From Antedon mediterranea (lineage: Eukaryota > Animalia > Echinodermata), in the NCBI RefSeq assembly GCF_964355755.1, contig NC_092670.1, positions 39,234,388-39,298,387 on the forward strand: DNA of 64,000 nt, given 5' to 3'. Position 1 is the stretch's first letter. Each line of letters starts with the position of its first letter. Shown piece after piece: positions 39,201 to 50,600 of this stretch. The notes below the pieces were generated by a model, which made no database searches, was not told the DNA's origin, and saw nothing but the letters and a program-made list of their open reading frames with translations. The position numbers were made by a program, and so were the translations under genes.

Positions 39201-39815
39201 CAAGGCCGTGAAGTGTTATGAATTATTAATATGCATGATTTGCACTGAAATCAATAAACATATTTATATTATTTAATACTAGCAATGAATTAATTATGCA
39301 ATATATATCGTGGTGGTATCTGTTTGCGCTTTTAGTTTTAGCATGGAGTAAAGAATATTCTTTATTCTTTACTCCATGGTTTTAGGCCTAGGTCTACATA
39401 TTTTATAAATAGATACTGACACTGTCTGCCTAGCTAGGCCTACCTGAATGAATGCAACACTAACAGCTCTAAAAGTCAGGAGGAGGCCTATAATGCCTTA
39501 GGCCTAAGAAGGAAGCTAGTCCAAGAAATGGGATGGGCTCGATCGTCTCTACTACCACAGTACTGGAGACTCTAGGCTAGGCCTACTAGGCCTAGACCTA
39601 GATGTTATGATTGATGGTCTAGGCTAGGCCTAGCCTACTAGCCGAGGCCTAGCCGGATCCCGCCTAGCCTACTACTAGCCTAGGCCTAGTCTACTAATTA
39701 ACTGGTTTAGTTTAGTTTATTTATTATGATGTCTTAAACTTACTGGATAGAAATAAAAAACCGCTATAAGTAAACCAATTGTAAAAGTGACAGCAAATAT
39801 AACAAATGACAACAT
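33250..39815 (-). CDS. CYP20A1: Cytochrome P450 20A1 (about 11 coding exons; first 39815-39744, last about 33499-33250)
   Basis: Exon 1 MLSFVIFAVTFTIGLLIAVFYFYP (human MLDFAIFAVTFLLALVGAVLYLYP); TIPGPSPSDPKDGNLADVGAAGSLHQYLKKLHDEHGEIVSLWLGR; I-helix GGLHTS; ExxR in VLDETMR; FNPDRF; heme motif FGFAGKRICPG. Confidence 0.93.
35268..35402. mobile_element. Harbinger-like MITE, family A (CYP20A1 intron; further partial copies at about 34200-34333 and 36978-37120)
   Basis: CTCTCTCTACACTATCAAACT ... AGTTTGATAGTGTAGTCAGAG. Confidence 0.75.
36436..36876. repeat. 49-bp minisatellite, 9 near-identical copies, in a CYP20A1 intron
   Basis: Unit ATGACCATGCTGTGGGTATCAGTGGTTGGATCTCAATGGAGATACAAAA starts at 36436, 36485, 36534 and so on up to 36828; there are no spacers. 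Confidence 0.97.
37430..37710. mobile_element. Kolobok-like MITE, family C, partial
   Basis: ATATTGTCCCCTTGAAA..GCCATTTTAATGTCAC..AAAGTCTGATTT is shared with the copies at 8584 and 60437. Confidence 0.65.
38583..38732. mobile_element. Harbinger-like MITE, family A
   Basis: TA|AGCTCTGTCTACACTATC ... GGTAGTGTACACAGAGCT|TAA. Confidence 0.8.
38905..39337. mobile_element. Helentron/HINE-like non-autonomous element
   Basis: TTATTACCTCTGTCTGCCTAGAAGGCAGGTTAT hairpin, then (TG)n and TGTTAGTAGGATAA..AATCTTGACCAAATTT, ending in GGTGGTATCTG..TTTTAGTT; this layout is typical of HINE/DINE-1-like elements. Confidence 0.5.
39342..39378. mobile_element. 37-bp P-element-like remnant or excision footprint
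   Basis: GTTTTAG|CATGGAGTAAAGAATA-ttctt-TATTCTTTACTCCATG|GTTTTAG: a perfect 16-bp inverted repeat with a 7-bp direct repeat on each side. Confidence 0.65.
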
Positions 39816-41657
39816 ATTTTATCTTTTCGAAGACTGCTGACTTGACTGTGTTTACATACCCGTCTCGTGTCACCGCCGCCGTGTGTGTGTGTGATATTAT
39901 TCTTTGGTGATAATAATATCAGGCTTATTGACACATCACGATATGCACCAGCAGGAGTTTACAACTCCTGGTGCAATATCGAGGTCGGGATAATAATGTG
40001 TGTCAATAGCTACACGTATGAAACGCCAACAACTTTATCATCACGCTCTGGCAACTTTAATTGTACACATTTTCCTACTACACGTCGTATTTTTTCTTTA
40101 AATATTAATATTCAAAACAAAATTATTATTAATAATTTGGTATATAAATGTTGGTTTTGATTCCCACATCTATAATAGTGTGCTGTTTAAAGATTTTTTG
40201 TCCCCTAAACATGAATATTAAAATGAATAGAATCAAGCAGCAGCAATAACCAATGCACTGATTATATTTAAATAACATACGATACCATAACACTGACTCC
40301 AAAAGCAAACAAACAGCAATAAGTGGAGATTAATAGAAGATTATATTTAATAACTCAATTTGATACGGTTTCTCGAGAAAATGACTTACTTTTGTGTATT
40401 ATTATTATTACGCTTGCTCTTTATTATTGTATTGAATTAAAATGTAAACCAGAAATTATTATTTGCACTTGTTAGATATTTTTAATTATTTATTATAGGC
40501 CTACTATTAGTTCCTTGGTTACAATACAGATAAATTAAAAATATATATATGTATTATTTTAAAGAAACAAAAATGGTTATGTTGTTAAATGTAGTTATCT
40601 GATTTTAATTAATACAATTATATTATAGTTCCTTGGTTATAGTACAGATTAAGATATATTTGTGTGTATGTGTGTGTATGTATATGAGTATTATTTATTA
40701 TTACTATGTAAAGACAAAAAAAAAAATTAATATGTTAGTAAATGTATATCTCTGGCTAATTTGATTAATACAATTATATTTAGTTAGATTAGTTACATAA
40801 TTGTGGAAAACACAGCATTTACCAAGTTAATTAATTATTTACTTTAAAAAAAAATGGAATTTATAGTTTTTAATATTGTTTGATCAAAGTTACTTTATTT
40901 AAACGTTCATATCATTTTGATACCTATTACTTTATACTTAAGTGAGTTTGTGTTATGGTGGTATTTTTTGAAATGAATAAAAAAAAATAAATAAATAAAT
41001 AAATAAAAACAAAAAAATCAAAAAAACAAACAGCAATATGTTTGTAGTTTCAATAATGTTATTCACTTCCACAGAAGGAAAACAGTAATTTCAAAAGCAG
41101 TATAGGCCTACGCTATCTGATGATCATCGCAAGTTAATTTTCTCAAACATCGACTGATTGGTGATCAGCCTAGCATCGATTTTCTTGTCGCTGGTATATT
41201 ACATTTTGATAACTATCTATATCAGACATTTCTATCTTCGTTTTGTATATTTCATTCTCATCTAAAAGTAATTTGCAGTTAGTCGTCTTATTATCGTGTA
41301 GTGTGACGATAGAACATTGAGAATACATGAAATACAATATTTAAGAAAGTAGGCCTAGGCTTAATTGCATTGAACAACTGAATTATATACAATAACTACA
41401 ATTACTCGATTCACTAGTAGTATGTGTGAGGTGGATGATGGTGACGGTTTGGCATTTATTTTCCTGTCAAATGTAGCAAAAGAACAGTGTCCGTAGCTTT
41501 AATTGTACGCAACCTCTGCTTTTGTTTTGGCAATAATGTACAATCCATGTAATTAAAACTTATGTGAATGAAAATGTAGTGCATGCAGTAATCGCTATAC
41601 ATCAATAATATTTACAACCAAAATAAAGTGATGAGAAGGTAGTTAGAAAACGTCGTG

Positions 41658-44600
41658 TTAGAACTTTGACTCAGTAGTTGATCGTGCCGTCATTTCCGTC
41701 ATGCTATGAACATAATTCTTCCGTTTAAAACGTTTTTTAAAACAATCTCGTATCTGTGGATAAAATAATAAAAATATTATCCAAAATGTCAATATAATAT
41801 GAATTATTACATTAATTTAATGTCATGTCACGCCACGTAAAAAATGTTTTCTACTTCTTAACGAAACTCAACTCATCCACTTGCCTCATTCTCCAAAACA
41901 CAATATATAATAAATATGAATATTCCTTGACAGCCATTCAGAAAATTGAATAGATAGTCGACAGGAATTCCAGCAGAACCAATAGCAAACGGTCCAATAA
42001 GCCACGTGGTCCCCATCAGCGGCAGCAGCATGACTGCTCCTCTGGCCGCTTTCCTAACAAAGAACAACATTAAATATCGTTATTTTTATTTATTTATTTC
42101 ATAGGTATCCAACAGCGAGGACAAACTCGCCAATTAAATGATGGGATAAACTATTTTATAATTTATCGTGCTTATAAACTAAGTCTCATTTGAGGCTTAT
42201 GGAGTGGAGTTGAAAAACTCACTAGTGAGTGGCACTATACAAGATTGAACCCCGGACATTGGGATTGGCACGTTAACCACAAATACCGCTTCACTTTAGG
42301 TCTATAGACCTATTCGTTTGCGAAAAAGATTGTTATTTCGTTCAGATACATCATATATACAATACATTATAGAACCAAGGAAACGTAAAATTTACTCTTC
42401 TCTGATGAAACCAATGCTCATTTTAAGGAATAATAGGCTATGAGCTACGTATATCGACAAAACTAACCTCAGCTGTTTAAATGTATTTTTCTCTTTGACA
42501 GACTTTCCAACCATTTGTCCTGATCGCTTGTAGATTGTGTTGACTACAACATACATTATACCGGTATTTATCTACGTAAAATTACATTATAATTATTAAT
42601 GTCTAACATAATAAGGAACTATAACTGGTACAACTTCTGCAAGCTAGCTGCTAACTACCATAACAGCGTGTGCCATTCAGCAAGTACCTTACTAACAATA
42701 AAGCTTTATATTATAAGTTACTATAACTGGGCAAAATAAATAGAAATAGTTGATACTTCAAAGAGACACAAAGTTGACGCGCGCGCGCATACAAAAACCG
42801 TTCCACTTCACGCGCGCATCTAATTGATTGCATTCAATTAATAGTTTTAAAATGACAATAAAACAATTGTCAAAACTGTATAGACAAACTATGCTATACA
42901 TTACCAACACAATAACAGTTACTGGTGCAACAAAAGTCCATATCATTCCCGTTTCTTGACTTAGCCAACATCTATACAATAAAACAGTATAAAGCTCTGT
43001 CTACACTATCAAACTTTATATGACACAAAAATGTGATGTGCCCATGCATGGACATGATGATGTCATATCACTACTATAGTTTGGTTTATCACTACCATAT
43101 TTTGGCACATCACACTTTTTTGGTCAAACTAGTTTGATAGTGTAGGGAGAGCTTAAAATAGTATACAGTAGTAGTGAATGGATATATTAGTATCTTTTTT
43201 AAATGAGAACTAAATCATCTTAATGTATCATTATGTAAATCAAGCAGATGTTTGTAACGTGGGCTACTTTGATAAAGCATGAACAACCGGGAAAATCTGA
43301 ACATACTTGTAAGCCTAACTTACAGGTTATCGACGTTGTAATCACCCGAAAATGCAGCAGAAGAAACAGCAACGATGAGAATAGGAATTCCGTAACACAT
43401 CATCATGTAGTATAGAAGTCGGTTGTATTTGTGAGAGATTGATGTAGAAATTTTAAAATACAAGAATACTGCTTCAGCACACATCCATGTGAATACATTG
43501 AGAGAAGTAAGATGGAGAATAACGCTAATGATTCTACAAGTTGTCTATAATATTAAATATCATTGTTATTATCTACGGAAGATCTCAATAATGAATGTGA
43601 TTGAAATTGGTAGTAAACCTTAAGAGACAAGTTGTCTATAAAATAAATCACTAATTGTTACTCTATTGCTATTTTTAAATTTCAAAAGGGTGTTACTATA
43701 CTATTTTATCTTATCTTTTTATAAAGATGCATTGATATTAAAATGTTCGGGTGGCTTCCATGCATGCGGCTTTTGGCCTTAATGGAAGTCTCCCTGGTCC
43801 TTTTGTATATTTTTTGCTTTGTATTTTTTTCTTTCTTTTGGATCAAATAAACTGATTTGTGACTTGTGACTTGTATTATAAAATGAAATTATTACAAAAA
43901 TTAGAAGCAGGTTAAAGATTTTCAATAATATTTTAAGATATAATAACAAAAAGAAAAAAAAATTCCAATGAGATAGATTCTGAAAATATTATAACATTCA
44001 TCACTTTACACTTACAGCCTTTACACATTTATCTCATTTCAATTTAGAGTGGAAAGGTTTAAGCTCTGTCTACATTATCAAATAAAACCAAATTATTATA
44101 CAAAGTTTGATAGTGTAGACAGAGCTTTATGCCGTTTGTACGCATGCGTTGTGTGTTTATGACGTCACTGGTGACTTACTTGGTTGCCCGTCTTATCAAT
44201 TGCAAAGAGAAACAGTGATTGCATCAGTATCATATTCAGAACCAAGTTCTTGTGAATTGAAATACGCAAAGATTTCCAGAGTTCCCTTGATAAGAAAACA
44301 TATATATTCTAAAAATGTTCGTAATGGTGCATTAGATGAAATACAGTAGATAAATTTTGATTATGGAATAAAATGATACTTACATATAAGAAAGGTAAAT
44401 CACAAGAGAAGTGGATAGCGCTATGAGTGACAATGACACACAAATTGATGACATCTGACTCAACGTTTTACTTTCCTCTTCAGAAATCTGAAAGTAACAT
44501 TTTAAGGTTGTACTATATATAAACTTTTTTATACTTGATTTTTTGCTTTCAGACCTATGGCCTACGAATGCACACAAACATTTGAAAATGTCATAAACAA

Positions 44601-47600
44601 TTTTTTATCACTATCAATTACTATTTGGACTAGAAAATATGTAAGAGAGGTTTAACATACCTCTACATGTGTAACTTTCATAAGAACACTAAAACTAGTA
44701 AGATGTTCCGAATTACAAATCACTTGGTTCGTAGAGTTCAACGTAGCTGTTAAACCTCTGTCATTCCAAATGCTTCAATTTCCAAAAAACAAAAATAACA
44801 TTATTTTGTTTTATTAACTTTTGTATGCAACGCATTGATACTTTATGGTTATACTTCGTATCTTCCACTATAAAGTGGAAATTACTTCAACTACTGTACA
44901 ACATATATGAGTTTAGATACTGTAATTAAAAGTAGTTCAGAGTGAACAGATTTTTTTTAAATCATTGTACTATTAACGTTAAACAATACCTTTCTATTTC
45001 ATCATAGTAAAGACATACTGGGCCAACGATTTTTTCTGTTTTGTCCGTGACGTTCTATAATAAAAGTTTCGGTGAGATTATTTTGTGTTGAAATTAAACA
45101 CGAGTGCAGATTATCACAAACATTTATTAAAAATGATTTTCGTCAACCAATAGTGAATTTACATTGATTTTAATTTCTTTCTTCCATGATGGATGGATTT
45201 GTTTAAGCTCATGAAATCATTACAACGGCTTAACTGAAAATTGAATCTCCTATCTGTATGCGAAATTACCTGTGTGCCATAATTGTAGAGACACGTCGTA
45301 ACTTTATTTAAACAATTTTCTCGTTAACAAATCTGTCACACATATTTTTTTTAACATAGAATAGGAACTGCTACTCAGAATATGCAGATGTCCCTTCAAT
45401 CTTGAAAGCCTTTTGGGCACACGATGGTCTTGGTAACTGATCATTATAGTATGACAATGAAGAATGACTTACAAAATCATCTGATACGGTAAAATTAATA
45501 TTAGCGTTAAGGCTGCTATTGTCTTCTACGTTGTATACGCTGCACGAGAATATCTTGTCACTAAACAAGCGAAATTCACCTTCCACATTATCCCTAAAAA
45601 ATAGCATAATTATGATTTTTATCCTAATGTTATATTTTTAGAAAGGTAAGTAACTGAACTCATTAGTAATTTACATTAATTTATTGATTGTTTAGCCAGT
45701 GAAATCATACTTAGTGTTGAACTGTAAAAATGATTTCAACGTTTAAAATTATAACACTATTACTCACTGATCTTTAACATCTACTATCGCGTAATCGTTT
45801 GGAGTTTGTGTATTATTACTGAACCCCGCAATAATCAGCACAGTAACTGGAATTAAAATGAGCAAAACAAAGTTTATCCATTTAGTTATTAATATACAAA
45901 ATTAATTAAGTGTACCCATATTCTCCACAAATTCCGGACAGACAGACATACAGAGATTTTCTTTTTAAACATTTATTTAACTTTTAAGTAAGTAAATCAA
46001 ATATTTACTTATTATTACAGTTTCGAAATAAGTACTATTAAACGATCGTTTAATAGTGCGTACTATTGCACGCCAAGTGACCCACAATCGTCCAATCAAA
46101 TGACAGGAATTTATTTAGGTGTTATATAATATAATATAAGTTACATTTAGATAATATATAGGATTTTACGTGTTTTCTTGTTACTAGTAAAGGACTATGT
46201 TCAAAATAGAAATGTCATTTTAAAATAACCAACCTTCTAAATCAGTTTTAATTCCAAGGGTAAATTCCACCATGCTCCCCATAAGTTGCAGGCTGTTGTG
46301 AATTGAGCTATTCTTATGAACACTCTCTTTCACTGCTAATCCAACTATATAATAAATGAAATAGTTACATAGTGTTTTAAAGTACATCAATACGTTAACA
46401 ACATGCGAATAAACTATACGCTTTTATGGCGACATTGTTGATGACAAAACCGTATTAATAGTAGTAGCTGTTGTAGCCTAACTCTTTAAAAAAGTAATAG
46501 AAATTACAACTACAGTATCTACAGTTTGATATGAAAAGTTACCAAAATTGTCCTCGCTGTATGATTTCTCTTCATTTATTCCCAAGTTCGAATATTCTGT
46601 AAGAACGTTTTCTTCAAAGTTTTCGAATTCTGTTATAATGGCATTCTGTACCTATGAGATAATGTAAAAGCTGATTTCAATTAGATATTATTTTCCGTCA
46701 TGTTCTTCTTAGAAACTAACTCGAACATTAAGTATAATCGCTCCTTTTATTTGCAGTTAAGCACATGACCAATAAACACTGTAACGAAGAAAAAATGGAA
46801 GAAACGAACCTTTTCTGGAGTAAAATGATTTCCGTCCAATTGCAAATTGTAGCATTAGATAAATAAAACATAATATACAAATTACGATTCTTAAGCCCTG
46901 TCTACACTATCAAGTAGTTTGACCAAAAAAAGTGTGATGTGCCCAAATATGGTAGTGATGTTCCAAAATATGGTAGTGATATGACATTATCATGTCCATA
47001 TATGGGCACATCACATTTTTTTGGTACATTATTTAAAAATGTTTAAATTAATAATACAAAGCAAAATGCACTAACCTTTAACAGTAACAGTGAAAATGCA
47101 AACATTCTTATTCCTAGATGAATCTATAGCTTCAAAGGTAAATACATTTATGCCGAGGTTGACACGTGCCGGGAACGTTGCAAGTGGATCCGGTGAAATG
47201 ATAACGCCGTCTCCTGAATTATCAGTTGCAGTTATAGTGTGTGAATAAAACAAGTGTTTGATTGGAAATTCCACATACAGAACACTCCCATTAGTTGGAC
47301 ACATGATTGTGGGCTTTTCAGAATCTGAATATGTAAAAATATTTCTAAGAAAAAAGTAATTACATTTACACACGCATGAATATCATTTGAAACCGTTTGC
47401 ATGCCCGCGCTTATCCTGTTACTTGTGCTAATTAAAGTACTAGGACTGGTGCTCTCAAACAGCAGAGGAATGAGGGAAAGGATATATTGAAATATATTTT
47501 TATCTAGTGCTTAAATTATACAGCTAGGTTGTGGTTCACCAAGACGATAAATAAAATAACATTTTCACCTTTTCCTTAAAGGTTTCCAAACTACTTTAGA

Positions 47601-50600
47601 CCTAATACAAAATAGTAATAATTAACACGGTAATAAATAATCTATAAAGAAGGAAAAATAAAATGAGAAAAAAGGAAAGTGAAAAGAAAACGAAAAAAGA
47701 AAAAGAAACGAAAAAATGAAAGAAAACGGAAAAAGAAAAAAAGGAAAGAGTCTGTTTGAATCACCATTCGAAAACCATTTTCAATATTTTCTAAAAACAT
47801 ACATACATTCCGAAAAAATACAAACCTTTAACTATCACCGTAAAGGTACAATTAGCAGTATTATAAGATGAATCGATCACGGTAAAAGTATATGAATGCT
47901 CTCCGATTCCAATATCTGTTGGATACATTTCATGTGGATCAGGAACAATGCGTGTCTGACCAGAATTGTCGCTTACTATAATCAGCTTAATATAATCAGT
48001 AGAAGCTGTTGCCAAACTAACGTTAGTTTTCACCGTTTCACTATGTGGACATAAAATCAAAGGGCTTTCATTATCTGAAATGAAAACATAAATACTGTCG
48101 TTTATGAATATTATTCGAATTATCTGGGGTTAACAAAAATAGGGATACAGAAAACTAGTATCACAAGTAAGCATACAGTTACTAACATTCAACCGTCACT
48201 GTAAATGTACAGTTTCCAGTATTGTGAGACGAATCTGTAGCAGTAAATGTAAATGAGTTCTCTCCAATTCCAATAACGGTTGGAAATGCTTCATATGGAT
48301 CAGGAGAGATGCGAACCTCCTCTCTAGAATTATCGCTTGCCTTGATCGAGCTGGTAAAACCCACAGACACGGTGGCTAATCCAGTGTCAGTATTCTTATA
48401 AGCATCAAGCGGGCATGATACCAAAGGCTTTTCGTCGTCTAAAAAGGTTAACAATTTACAAATTCGATATCAGGAGATTTTTATTCTTTTCTAGGAGTAT
48501 TAAAAGTAAGCACACAACTAACCTTTAACTGTCACCGTAAACGTACAGTTTCCAGTATTGTTAGACGAATCTGTAGCAGTGAATGTAAATACATGCTGTC
48601 CAATTCCGACATCAGCTGGATATACTTCATATGGATCAGGATAGATGTGTAGATCCTCACCAGAATTATCACTTACGCTGATCAATTCACGGTAATCAAC
48701 AAAAGCTGTAGCCAAGTTTTCTTCAGTATTCTCATAAGTATCATTTGGACATGACAATACAGGGTTTTGGTTATCTATGAAATGAATATTGCACATTATA
48801 ATTTTAAAAATATCATCTGGCTATATGTTGGGGAACTTGTTGGTTACATTTAATGTATAAACCACAACATAAACAATAAAGAGAAGTATAGCTACTAACC
48901 TTTAACTGTCACCGTAAACGTACAGTTTCCAGTATTGTTAGACGAATCTGTAGCAATGAATGTAAATACATTCTTTCCAATTACGACATCAGCTGGATAT
49001 ACTTTATATGGATCAGGATAGATGTGTAGATCCTCACCAGAGTTATCACTTACGCTGATCAATTCACGGTAATCAACAAAAGCTGTAGCCAAGTGTGCTT
49101 CAGTATTCTCATTCATATTATTTGGACATGACACTACAGGTTTCTGGTTATCTATGAAATGAAAAACACACAATAGTGTTAATTTTGTTTGATTTAAATT
49201 TATAATCTGTCCAAATGTTTTGGTGGATTGTCTTGTTTCCTACATACTGTACAACCCAGATAATCGTGGTTTTACTTGATGAAACATTAGCAATAAAAGT
49301 ACGGCCACTAACCTTCAACCATCACTGTAAATGTACAGTTACCAGTGTTGTCTGTTGAGTCTGTAGCAGTAAAAACAAATGAATGCTTTCCTATTCCGAC
49401 ATCAGCTGGATATGTTTCATTTGGATCAGGATAGATGTATAGATCCTCACCAGAATTATCACTTACACTGATCAATTCACGGTAATCAACAAAAGCTGTA
49501 GCCAAGTTTTCTTCAGTAATCTCATTCATATCATTTGGACATGACACTACAGGGTTTTGGTTATCTATGAAATGAATATTGCACATTATAATTTTAAAAA
49601 TATCATCTGGCTATATGTTGGAAAACTTTTTGGTTACATTGAATGTATAAACTACAACATGAACAATAAAGAGAAGTATAGCTACTAACCTTTAACTGTC
49701 ACAGTAAACGTACAGTTTCCAGTATTGTTAGACGAATCTGTAGCAGTGAATGTAAATACATTCTTTCCAATTCCTACATCAGCTGGATATACTTCATATG
49801 GATCAGGATAGATGTGTAGATCCTCACCAGAGTTATCACTTACGCTGATCAATTCACGGTAATCAACATAAGCTATAGCCAAGTGTGCTTCAGTATTCTC
49901 ATAAGTATCATTTGGACATAACACTACAGGGTTTTGGTTATCTATGAAATAAATATTGCACATTATAATTTTGAAAAAATTATCTGGCTATATTTTTTGG
50001 GGATATTTTTGGTTACATTTAATGTATAAAATACAACATGAACAATAAAGAGAAGTATAGCTACTAACCTTTAACTGTCACAGTAAACGTACAGTTTCCA
50101 GTATTGTTAGACGAATCTGTAGCAGTGAATGTAAATACATTCTTTCCAATTCCGACATCAGCTGGATATACTTCATATCGATCAGGATAGATGTGTAGAT
50201 CTTCACCAGAGTTATCACTTACGCTGATCAACTCAATGTAATCAACAAAAGCTATAGCCAAGTCTGATTCAGTATTCACACTCATGTTATTTGGACATGA
50301 CACTACAGGGTTTTGGTTATCTATGAAATGAATATTGCACATTATAATTTTGAAAATATCATCTGGCTATATTTTTGGGGGATATTTTTGGTTACATTGA
50401 ATGTATAAAATACAACATGAACAATAAAGAGAAGTATAGCAACTAACCTTTAACTGTCACAGTAAACGTACAGTTTCCAGTATTGTTAGACAAATCTGTA
50501 GCAGTGAATGTAAATACATTCTTTCCAATTCCTACATCAGCTGGATATACTTCATATGGATCAGGATAGATGTGTAGAACCTCACCAGAGTTATCACTTA

